A stretch of 64,000 nt of DNA from Hypanus sabinus (lineage: Eukaryota), in the NCBI RefSeq assembly GCF_030144855.1, contig NC_082712.1, positions 99,510,001-99,574,000 of the forward strand. The letters are read 5' to 3'. Positions 54,501-64,000 of this stretch are shown piece after piece (positions within the stretch are counted from its first letter, which is position 1; the number at the start of each line of letters is the position of its first letter). The notes under the pieces were generated by a model. The model ran no database searches, was not told the DNA's origin, and saw nothing but the letters and a program-made list of their open reading frames with translations. The position numbers and the translations under genes were made by a program.

Positions 54501-57500
54501 CTGATCTTCCAAACAGCAACAGTTCAGTTGTACAGATTTAATTCTTATTTGCCATTTCTATGCTCGTATTCCCAAATTATCTATCTCCCTCCTTACGATC
54601 CACAACACTCAAGTTAAAGTCCCGGAGCAAATAACATAGATACCATTCCATGTTGACCACAGTAGCCACTCAGCTAGTCCCAATTTCCTGCATCTCTCCA
54701 AGCCCCTCCCCTCCACGTGTTTCTTAAATTATGCTATTGTTCCTGTTGATACCACTTCCTCTGGCAGCTCATTCCATATATTCACCACCCACCCTCTCTG
54801 TGAAAACGTTGCCCCTAAGGTCTCTTTTAAATCTTTCCCTCTCACCTAATTCTATCCCCTCCCCTGGGGAAAGGTGATTACCATCCACTGTCATTACTTT
54901 AACCACTTCTATAGCATCACCCCTCATTCTCCTACATTCCGAAGAATAAAGACCCAGCCTGTCCAACCTCTCCCTATAACTCTGGCAACATCCTCATAAA
55001 ACTTCTCTGCACTCTTTCTAATTTAACCACATCCTTCCTTTAACAGGATGACCAAAACAGTACTCAGCACTCCAAGTGTAGTCTTACCAACGACTTGTAC
55101 AACTGCAACTCCTACACTGTGTCCTGACTGATGAAGGCCAGTGTGCTAAACACCTTTTTCACCACCCTGTCTACCTGTGCCACCACTTTCAATGAACTAT
55201 ACATTCGTGCTCCTAGGCCCCTCTGTTCCATTACACTCCCTAGTGCTCTGCCATTCATAGTATTTGTGTCACTGCAAACTTACTAATCAGCCTGGCTACA
55301 TTTTCATACATTTTTTAAATATATACAACGAACAACAGATCCCTGTGGAAGAACTGTCAAGGAACTCCATTCAGAGTAACACTCCTCTGCCACTATCAAT
55401 TTTGAATCCAGTGGTGTATCTCCCTCGAGCCCGTGCGTTTTATTTTTAAACCATAAGATCATAAGACATAGAGGCAGAATTAGGCCATTTGGCCCATTGA
55501 GTCTGCTCCACCATTTCATCATGGCTGATCCATTTCCCTCTCAGCCCCAATCTCCTGCCTTCCCACCATGCCCTGACTAATGGAGAATCTATCAACATCT
55601 GCACAACACAAGTTAATTGTCTGGATTGACTGGTCATTGTAAATTGTCCCATGATTAGGTTAGGGTTAATTGGATTCGTCAGGGGCTGCTGGGCAGTGTG
55701 GCTCGAAGGACTGTATCGGTAAATAAAATCGTGAGAGACCTTTACAATGAATTTACTAAAGTCCATATTCCTCCACACTCACCGGGTCAGAGTTCTGGGA
55801 TTCCCTCATGGAATCACACAACACTGAATCAGGGGCTTCAATCCACACCGGGTCAGAGTACTGGGATTCCCTCATGGAAACACACAACACTGAAACAGGG
55901 TCTTTCACCCACACCGGGTCAGAGTACTGGGATTCCCTCATGGAATCACACAACACTGAATCAGGGGCTTCAATCCACACCGGGTCAGAGTACTGGGATT
56001 CCCTCATGGAATCACACAACACTGAATCAGGGGCTTCAATCCACACCGGGTCAGAGTACTGGGATTCCCTCATGGAATCACACAACACTGAATCAGGGGC
56101 TTCAATCCACACCGGGTCAGAGTACTGGGATTCCCTCATGGAATCACACAACACTGAATCAGGGGCTTCAATCCACCCCGGGTCAGAGTACTGGGATTCC
56201 CTCATGGAATCACACAACACTGAATCAGGGTCTTCAATCCACACCGGGTCAGAGTTCTGGGATTCCCTCATGGAATCACACAACACTGAATCAGGGTCTT
56301 CAATCCACACCGGGTCAGAGTTCTGGGATTCCCTCATGGAATCACACAACACTGAATCAGGGGCTTCAATCCACACCGGGTCAGAGTACTGGGATTCCCT
56401 CATGGAATCACACAACACTGAATCAGGGGCTTCAATCCACACCGGGTCAGAGTACTGGGATTCCCTCATGGAATCACACAACACTGAATCAGGGGCTTCA
56501 ATCCACACCGGGTCAGAGTACTGGGATTCCCTCATGGAATCACACAACACTGAAACAGGGTCTTTCACCCACACCGGGTCAGAGTACTGGGATTCCCTCA
56601 TGGAATCACACAACACTGAAAGAAGCTCTTTAATCCACACTGTTCTTGGCGGCCATCTAATGCTGCATCCCAGCAATTGGTTCAAAGCCTTCTCTGCCTT
56701 GTTGATTCAGTGCTTGTCCTCTAGTTGATGAGGGTAGAGGTAGAGGGATGTCACTCTGACCAGAGGTGCACCACAAAGTTCTCTGCTGGAATCTCTCTAG
56801 TTTGTGGTATACTGTATATGAAAAGTTTTGTTCTTCATGACTGTCTGATCCAGAAGATTAAGAGACAAGGAATCGAGGGAGATTCACCACTGTATTCACC
56901 ATTGATTTGGCCACAGGAGATAGAGGGTAGTAATGGAGAAATGTTATTCTGACTAGTGTCTGTGACAGGTGGTGTTCCACAGGAATCTGTTGTTTGTAGC
57001 ATATTTAATAAGTGTTGTACAAAAACAGAGCCAAACTGACCAGAGTCAGAATCATGGAGTTGTACAGTAAGTAACAGGCCCTTCGGCCCCAGCACATCCC
57101 TGCTGACCCCACCTAGCTACATTAATCTCATATGCTTCAATGTCCTGTTTATTCAGTATCTGTCCGGGTGCCTCTTAAATGTTGTATCTTAAGCACAGTT
57201 CCTGCCTCCATCACCTCCTCTGGCAGCTTATTCCAGATAAGAGCCACACTTATTCCTAAGATTGTCTTTAAACCTCTCTCCCCTCACCTTCAACCTGTAC
57301 CCTTTAGGGTTTACACACCCCTACTGCAGGGGAACAGACACAGCAACTAGCCTCTCTATGCCTCTCATAACCTTACCCCTCAGCCTCCTTCAATCTAGGG
57401 AAATCAACCCCAGCCCGTCCAATTTCTCCTGGTAGCTCAATTCCAAGCAACTTGAATCTCTCTAACTTAATCACACCATTCCTAGTGTATGCTCTAGACC

Positions 57501-60147
57501 AGGGGTCGGCAACCCGCGGCTTTCAACTCTGTGCCAACCCCTGCTCTAGACCATGTCTAGCCAATTTCAAGAGGACATCCAAACTCTTGCACATAATGCC
57601 TCAGCCTCGAAGGGCAGTATACCATGTACCTCCTCACCATCCAGACTACCTGTGCTGTCACTTTGAGGGAACTATGAGCATTGTACCCCAAGATCTCTCT
57701 TTGTTCAACAGGGCCCTACTACAGCAGTATGATACCCACCAGCTGGTTATACATACGCCCGCAGCGGACTGCGGCAGTCTAGTCTGCATTCAGGCAGCCG
57801 GTCTCACTGCCCGGACAAAGGAGAGCCTGTGGGAGAATTACTACAATTCTTGACTCGCAACTCACAAGGGTGGGAGGGTGTCTCTGAGCAGGAGCCGCTT
57901 CACTGGTAGAATCCCAGTGACAGACCTTTCTGCCCATCATTCTGTTCTAGCTTTTATGTAGAACCAAGCCTCTCTCGCCCAGTTTGCTTCATCTAATCCT
58001 CACAGATTTCTGTCTTCCTGGTGGGATTACTGGTTAGCATAACTCTATTACAGAGCCAGCGACACGGGTTTAATTCCCACCGCTGTCTGTAAGGATTTTC
58101 TACATTTCCTCTGTTACCACATGGGTTTCCCCCGAGTGCTCCGACCTCCTCCCACATTCCAAAGGCACACAGGTTTCTAGGTTAATTGGTGACACGGATG
58201 TAACTGGGTGACGTGGGCTCGTTGAGCCAGAGGGGTCTGTTACCGTGCTGTATCTCCAAATTAAAAATGAATTCTTCCAAAAAACTAACAACAGCCAGCA
58301 ACAAGTTGCAGACTGCTCACAAAACAACTAGATCCTCTTCTTCTAGATGTACTTCTTCCGAATTGCAATCGATTGCAGTCTGTAACTTCCCTTTTAAGAA
58401 CATACCTCTTAGCCAACTAACTGATCAGACATTTTTGTGATCCCCTGGGGGCTTTGGCGAGGATGAGAGTGGAGAGTGGAGAGCGCAGGTATGGCTAGGG
58501 TGGCCATTGCTGCATCGATTCCTGATGGTGGAACATGAACCCATGGTTGATGCCATTAATCTGCAGCGATTAAAGTGTCAAGCAAGATTAAAATCATCGG
58601 GACAAGAGTGGAAAATGAACGGGCATTCAGCGCCATCTGCCTGCATTTGACCCGTCTCCCTCTCCTCCAGCTGCTGCCATCAGGCAGGAGGTACAGGGGT
58701 CTTGAGTCTCAGGAGCAACTGTTGGGGCTCCTGGATGGGCTTCCCTCACCTCAGCACCACAGCTGTGGACTCACCTTTGGGGACTCTACAGTTCATGTTC
58801 CAGATGTTTGTGTTCACTGTTTAAAAACTTCTTTATTTGCACAATTTGTTCGAGGGCAAAGGACGAACCATTGTTCAACTCACTACTGTTACTTGCTTCA
58901 GTGCTGAACTGATTCTGCAGCTTTGGCCTGTAACCATCAGCACAGTGACGAACCAGATGGGGCTCCTGCACTGATCTCACTTGTCTCAGCATTGAACTGG
59001 CTCCATGGCAGTGGACTCATTTTCAGAGACTCTGCGGTTCATGTTCTGCGTGTTTTCTGTTTAATTTTTGTTGCATGTTTGCACAAATTGTTTTATTCCC
59101 CCCACCCCCATACTGGGTGTTTGATGACCTTCATTAATTGTGTTTTTTTAATGAGTTCTATTGTGTTTCTTTGTTGTGTGGCTCCCTGCAAGAAGACCAA
59201 TCTCAAGGTTGCGTACAGTACACATTTGTACTTTGAACTTAAAAATTAAAATAATCTAACTTCCCTTGAATTTTTCTCTGGTGTTAGGTGCCTCAGGAGA
59301 TTCCCCAGATGGGAATAGTGGACAAAAGGACTGGGGTGTGGGGTTGGGGGGAGGTCACACAGCATATGCACGGGCCTTTTGACCAAACCAGAAGGGGCAT
59401 CAGCAGAGTGTAGCCAGAATCCACACTGAGCAATGAAGTTTGTTTGCCTTGGAGCAAAGGAGGATAAGGAAGCACCTGATAAGGGAATAGATCCCTCTAT
59501 GGCAGAGACGTGGGTTTAGGCCAGGGACTCCCAACCATTAAGCAAGGGATCCGTGGAGCCCTGGTTTGGGCCGAGGGTATGGAATCAGTACCACACTGCC
59601 TGAGCAAGGTGGTAGGGGCAGAGACCCTCACAAGGCTGAGGGATTATCTGGATTTGCACCAAGGGACAGGCCGAGACTAGAGAGTGAGGATCAATGTCGA
59701 GGGGTAGCATGGACGGATGGACCGAAGGGCTTCACTGTTGAATCTGGGTACGCGATGCGGAAGCACCAGCTCAGGACTCAGCCAGATCTGATTGGCTTGC
59801 GCGATTGTAGCGGTGACACCCAAATTGACCAATTCAGCAATATCCCCGCCCCCTCGGCAAAGGGTTGACATCCAGCTGAAGCAATGGCGAAGCAGGAAGG
59901 AACAGATTGACAGCCTATCCCAACCTATCACAGAGGGTGGAGATGACGGGGTTCACGCCCACCACCGCTTCGGATTTCTGGTCAGCGCGCGGGCGCAAAG
60001 GCGGCGGGGAACGGTGCGGGTAACGCCCGGAGAAGCGCGGGGACTCGGTGCCTGTTCGGTACCTCGCGCCTTGCGGCGGGTCTCTTGGTCGCCGACGGTC
60101 GGCGGCTTCTCCATCGAGCTCAGAATTGAACCGAGGAGGTCCGCCAT
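39470..60147 (-). CDS. SPAG7: Sperm-associated antigen 7 (R3H domain), 230 aa, complement(join(39470..39585,42947..43106,45968..46057,47589..47673,48539..48627,53516..53583,60063..60147))
   Basis: Spliced frame is open (85+68+89+85+90+160+116 = 693 nt), all introns [49 protein letters not shown] and [19 protein letters not shown] match SPAG7. Confidence 0.96.
39630..40095 (-). mobile_element. CR1 3' end (continues at 41313-41770 beyond a Rex1 insertion)
   Basis: [28 protein letters not shown]...WNSL. Confidence 0.8.
40096..41312 (+). mobile_element. Rex1/Babar LINE 3' part with 3' UTR and (ACTTG)n tail
   Basis: [51 protein letters not shown]; tail aacttgacttgactt. Confidence 0.9.
41313..41770 (-). 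mobile_element. CR1 RT fragment, continuation of 39630-40095
   Basis: [24 protein letters not shown]; collinear with the piece left of the Rex1. Confidence 0.7.
42947..43106 (-). CDS. SPAG7: SPAG7 exon 6 (ELAQKEAEQ...KYSHLIG...ANKAYGC)
   Basis: ccgcag acceptor, gtatgt donor, 160 nt. Confidence 0.95.
43135..44330. repeat. Compound minisatellite of 38-bp and 51-bp units sharing a common head
   Basis: GGCTGGGAATAAACCTCCAATGCCA followed by TTCCACAATCACA or CCCCTCACTCACACCCTCTCATCAGG. Confidence 0.93.
44894..45872. repeat. 57-bp G-rich minisatellite, about 17 near-identical copies
   Basis: Unit GGGTTGGGTGAGATGTGAAATGCAGTGAGGAGTGACATGCAGGGTGGAGGTAGGGG(T/G). Confidence 0.97.
45968..46057 (-). CDS. 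SPAG7: SPAG7 exon 5 ([30 protein letters not shown])
   Basis: ttctag acceptor, gtaatg donor, 90 nt. Confidence 0.95.
47589..47673 (-). CDS. SPAG7: SPAG7 exon 4 ([28 protein letters not shown])
   Basis: cccag acceptor, gtgaga donor, 85 nt. Confidence 0.96.
48539..48627 (-). CDS. SPAG7: SPAG7 exon 3 ([30 protein letters not shown])
   Basis: caacag acceptor, gtaagt donor, 89 nt. Confidence 0.95.
48988..49940. repeat. Two oppositely oriented arrays of a degenerate 35-40 bp unit around a unique spacer
   Basis: Left arm units GTGTGGTTCTAGATCTCCTGGCCAG (48988-49193); right arm units CTGGCCAGGAGATCTAGAACCACAC (49465-49940). Confidence 0.75.
50220..50920 (+). mobile_element. Old CR1 3' fragment
   Basis: ttggttaggccacacttggagcactgtgttcagttctggtc ([13 protein letters not shown]) and 3' UTR. 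Confidence 0.7.
50932..52947 (-). mobile_element. Truncated Gypsy LTR retrotransposon: integrase fragment, PPT and 3' LTR (50932-51546)
   Basis: rve motifs [46 protein letters not shown]; PPT ggtggggagagaa (51559-51547) directly before a TG...CA LTR of 615 bp. Confidence 0.9.
52949..53463. repeat. 51-bp minisatellite, about 10 copies
   Basis: Unit TGATGGATGATGTGGAGGGAGCTTCTCTCTGTGCCTGACCCTGGGAGTGCG. Confidence 0.96.
53516..53583 (-). CDS. SPAG7: SPAG7 exon 2 ([23 protein letters not shown])
   Basis: cctag acceptor, gtgaga donor, 68 nt. Confidence 0.95.
53840..55420 (-). mobile_element. Cluster of degenerate CR1 3' fragments
   Basis: [18 protein letters not shown] and related CR1 C-terminal motifs in at least two copies. 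Confidence 0.7.
55780..56640. repeat. 66-bp minisatellite, about 13 copies
   Basis: Unit CACCGGGTCAGAGTACTGGGATTCCCTCATGGAATCACACAACACTGAATCAGGGGCTTCAATCCA. Confidence 0.97.
57500..57543. mobile_element. 44-bp hAT (Charlie-like) internally deleted element
   Basis: TIRs CAGGGGTCGGCA / TGCCAACCCCTG; exact 8-bp TSD CTCTAGAC (57492-57499, 57544-57551). Confidence 0.85.
58028..58265 (+). mobile_element. tRNA-derived V-SINE (HE1-like)
   Basis: A-box-like tggttagca, B-box-like gggtttaattccc, V-domain gggtttcccccgagtgctccgacctcctcccaca, CR1-like 3' end. Confidence 0.8.
60063..60147 (-). CDS. SPAG7: SPAG7 exon 1 ([28 protein letters not shown])
   Basis: ATG at 60147 in caagATGGCGG context, donor gtaccg, within a CpG island. 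Confidence 0.97.
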
Positions 60148-60235
60148 CTTGAAGCCGCAGCCGCAGCGGAAATTGCGTCTTTTAAAGCAGGTCGCCTTAA
60201 AGGCGATACCATCTCGATACTGTTTGCCGACTTTA
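60140..60235 (-). promoter_or_regulatory. SPAG7 core promoter: TATA-like TTTAAAA (60186-60180) and YY1/TISU-like element over the ATG
   Basis: CAAGATGGCGGA at 60151-60140; CpG island about 59940-60235. Confidence 0.65.
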
Positions 60236-60631
60236 ATTGTGACTTTCCACCCCAGCTGTATTCCCCCATTTGTAGGGGTGGCTGGAACCGGACCCCAGGT
60301 GGGTGAGGTCCAGTGAGTGGGGAGGTCTAGTGAGAGTGTGTCTAGTGAGCACAAGGATAGAGAGGTTTGCACTGAGGGAGGGGAGGATTGGGGGTGAGGG
60401 TTTATGACCCAAGGGTGCTCCAGCGGTGGAAGAAGGCATGGGGTTTGGCTGAGGTTAAGAAATGGGAATATGTTGACGAGCATATTTGAGATGTCACACT
60501 TGTTTTCAATCAGAAAGTATGAGCAAGAGTAGGCCATTCCAATCTAACCCACCATTCAATATGATCATAGCTGATGTCATAGAACCCTACAGTACAGAAA
60601 CAGACCCTTGGGCCCATATAGTTTATGTCAG

Positions 60632-60759
60632 TCCTGACGAAGGGTCTTGGCCGAAACGTCGACAGTGCTTCTCCCTATAGATGCTGCCTGGCCTGCTGTG
60701 TTCCACCAGCATTTTGTGTATGTTGCTTGAATTTACTGCATCTGCAGATTTCCTCGAGT
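60632..60759 (+). mobile_element. Short Penelope-end insertion containing a minimal hammerhead-ribozyme-like motif
   Basis: CTGACGA 60634-60640, GAAACGTC 60653-60660; flanked by tagtttatgtcag and tagtctatgccag (13 bp, 2 mismatches). Confidence 0.65.
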
Positions 60760-62284
60760 TAGTCTATGCCAGACTAGATTAAGCCTTATTGATGTTTGCT
60801 GGACTAAAAGATTTCCCATGCCAGTTCCCTGTGCTTCTCAATTCCTTAATTTTATTTTCAAATAAAGATTCACCATTATATGAAAAATAGTTTTCTTCTC
60901 TCAATGTAGAATCCTCTTTATGCGACATGCACACCGCGATATCTGTCTCGTGGCCCAGAAAGCAGTCCTTCAGTCCAATATGCCTCAGTAGGTAACACAT
61001 CAAGTATAGACGAAATTACGTCTCATTCCTGAAAATTTTATGGCGCAGGCCCAGATGGGCCGTCCTCCCTTCATACAGCAAGCCCGTCACTGCAGAAACC
61101 ACCCTGAATGTTGCCTGAACTTGGGGGCCTCAGATACAAGGAGAGATTGTGAAGTCTGGGACCTAATTCCCCAGAACATAGGAGATTGAGGGGTGACCTG
61201 ACAGAGGGATACAAGATCCTGAGGGGCATATTCAGGGTGAGAGCATATAGTTTTTTTTCTAAAGCTGCTAAAAACAAGAGGGCGCTGTAAGAAATTTAAA
61301 AGGACAGCAGAAGCAGCTTCCTCACACAAAGAATGGTCACATTTGGAACAAGCTGCCAGAAATAGTGGTAGAGGTAACATTTAAAAGCCATCTCGATAAG
61401 TGCATGGTGAGGTTCAGATTTTCAGGGACTAGTTCACTGGGCAACACAGTCTGCAAGGCCTGCTTCCCTCCTGTATGATTTGTGTGAGTTCACCATGCGA
61501 TGTCCATCTACAAGTGTGAGCTTACCAACGCTCTTTGGGGAAGTACTGTCGGGAATACGAGACCATTTACCTGCCCCTGTCTGCAACCCTTGCTCTCTCC
61601 CAGCCCCTGCAGCTCCCAGGGGACTTCTTTACATCAAGGGTAAGAGGGTATTGTATAGCCGTGGTGTGCACTGTTTGTATTTTTATAGGCTCGCAGATGT
61701 ATTATTCTGTTATTCAGGGAGGAAGATTGAAATAATCGACACAGGTGCAGAGAGTGAGCAAGTCAGTGCTGTTTGCTGCCAAAGGTGCAAAGGTGTCTGT
61801 GTGTGTGTGGAGGTTCCAGCTCACTGCTCCTGAGGGAAAGTCCTGTCAGCAGATGGCACAAGAGCAAGGTTATGATTATGATCACAGGCCAAAAGATACA
61901 GGAGCTGAATTAGGCCACTCAGCCCATCGAGTCTGCTCCATCATTCCACCATGGCTGATCTTGGATCTCACACAACCACATACACCTGCCTTCTCACCAG
62001 ATCCTTTGATGCCCTGACCGATCAGAAACTAATCAACGTGGATTGCAGATTATCTGGAAATAATGAGCACTGAGCTAAACTGCACCAATATATATCTTTT
62101 GATTTTGTGTTTTATATTCTGTGTTTTTGCTTTTTTTTGTTACAATTTGTGTGTGGGGGATGATATTTGATATTTTTTTCTTTGAAAGGGGTCCATAGTG
62201 TTTCTTTGTTTCATGATTGTCTGTGGGAAGTTGAATCTCAAGGATGTATATTGCATACATACTTTGATAATAAATGTACTTTGA

Positions 62285-62632
62285 ATCTTTCTCCGGATAG
62301 CCAGCCATTTCAATTCTACTTCCCATTCCCAAGCCATAGCCTCCTCTACTGCCGCAACCTGATGACATGAACATGAACTTCTAGGTAATTGCCCTCCATT
62401 CCTGTTTCCCTCTCTCACCTTACCTGCCCATCACCTCTCTCGTACTACTTCCCTTTGTTCCATGGCCTTCTACCCTCTCCTATCAGATCGCCCCCTCCTC
62501 CAGCCCTTTATCTCTTTCACCAGTCTACCTCCCAGCTCTTTACTTCACCCTCTCCCAGTTTCACCTATCAACTTCTACTTACTCTGACTTGTCATCTTTC
62601 TTCCAGTCCTGATGAAGGGTCTCGGTCCAAAT
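62285..62632 (+). mobile_element. Penelope-like 3' fragment
   Basis: agccatttcaattc...ttcccattcc, pyrimidine tract, cagtcctgatgaagggtctcggtcc. Confidence 0.6.
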
Positions 62633-63169
62633 GAATCTCACGGCGGTGCATGGTGGAGATCTCGTTGGCTGCTGTGGAGTGTGGGTGAAGTGGTCATTCA
62701 CGGAACGGGGTGGTTGGGCACTCGAGGCAGCTCCCCCTCGTCCAAGATATATCCATGCCCGGCTTTGTCTGGACAAATTGTCCAGTGGGTCACCGGAGCC
62801 TCCCAAAGCAAGCTAAGTCCTTCGGCTTCACTTGCCTCAGCACTGAACCGGCTCCATGGTTGCGGACTCACGCTGCTGTGTATTATCGGGTTTACCTTTT
62901 TGTTGTGCGAATGTTTTTTTTCGCACATTCCATGTCTGTCAGTCTTTGATGTGGATGATTTTTCGTGCTTCCTTATGAGTTTCTTTACTTTGAGGTGTCT
63001 GCAGAAGGTGAATCTCAAGACTGCATATGGTATACTTTGGACAGGGAGGATTCACTTTAACTGTTCGATTTTTCCAGACTGTTGATCGTAACTTTTAAAA
63101 GATAAAATGTGGAGTACAGCCCCATCCGCAGGCCTTCGCAGGTACTGCTGTTTCTCACAGTTTTAGATA

Positions 63170-64000
63170 CATCCATATAACATTACAGCCCTTCTTGGCT
63201 GTGCCGAACCATTTTTCTGCCTAGTCCCACTGACCTGTACCTGGGCCATATCTCTCCATACCCCTCTCATCCATGTACCTGTCCAAGCTTTTCTTAAATG
63301 CTAAGAGTGAGCCTGCACTTACCACTTCATCTGGCAAATCATTCCACATTCCCACCACTCTGCATGAAGAAGCCCCCCCCCCCAATGTTCCCTTTAAACT
63401 CTTCCCCCTTCACCCTTAACCCATGTCCTCTGTTTTTTTTCTCCCCTAGCCTCAGTGGAAAAAGCCTGTTTGCATTCACTCTAAACTAGACCCATCATAA
63501 TTTTATATACCTCTATCAAATCACCCCTCATTCTCCTACGCTCCAGGGAATAAAGTCCTAACCTATTCAACCTTTCTCTGTAACTCAGTTTCTCAAGTCC
63601 CGGCAACATCCTCGTAAACCTTCTCTGCACTCTTTCAACCTTATTAATATCCTTCCTGTAATTAGGTGACCAAAACTGCACACAGTACTCCAAATTTGGC
63701 CTCACCAATGCCTTATACAACCTCATCATAACATTCCAACTCTCATACTCAATACTTTGATTTATAAAGGCCACTGTACCAAAAGCTCTCTTTACAACCC
63801 TATCTACCTGTGACACCACCTTTTGGGAATTTTGTATCTGTATTCCCAGATCCCTCTGCTCTACTGCACTCCTCAGTGTCCTACCATTTACCTTGCATGT
63901 TCTACCTTGGTTTGTCTTCCAAAGTGCAATACCTCATACTTATCTGTATTAAACTCCATCTGCCATTTTTCAGCCCATTTATCCAGCTGGACCAAATCCC
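63170..64000 (-). mobile_element. Well preserved CR1 (HER1-like) LINE 3' end, continues beyond the window
   Basis: ORF 63481-63819: LYKALVRPNLEYCVQFWSPNYRKDINKVERVQRRFTRMLPGL. Confidence 0.92.

Noticed and set aside
55698-56728. Three ORFs of about 310 aa
   Set aside because: Translations of the 66-bp array on both strands within SPAG7 intron 1.
58028-58090. tRNA gene
   Set aside because: The A/B-box-like head continues into a V-SINE body; no complete cloverleaf.
59953-60537. 194-aa ORF as an N-terminally extended SPAG7
   Set aside because: Similarity starts at MADLLGS (60147) and stops at the donor at 60063; the flanks are promoter and intron.

Overview
Vertebrate genomic DNA, not prokaryotic. 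The repeat content (HER1-type CR1 LINEs, an HE1-like V-SINE, Rex1, RTE and Penelope fragments) points to a cartilaginous fish, probably a ray; this is inference. Two intact spliced genes lie tail-to-tail. The first is a + strand enolase (11 coding exons, 29700-36614, 434 aa), called ENO3 from diagnostic residues and synteny. The second is - strand SPAG7 (7 coding exons, 60147-39470, 230 aa). The rest is nested retroelement debris, two Gypsy-type LTR remnants, tiny hAT remnants and an unusually dense set of minisatellites (28, 42, 45, 38/51, 57, 51 and 66 bp units), which generate all the very long ORFs in the track. I found no clearly new biological system. The best leads are minimal hammerhead-ribozyme motifs in Penelope ends, an inverted CpG-less sister array of the 28-bp satellite, a foldback-like inverted array in SPAG7 intron 2, a minisatellite that expanded inside a non-autonomous retroelement, and a possible unannotated spliced transcript divergent from ENO3. 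All coordinates were read by eye, and transposon boundaries are approximate unless a TSD is given.
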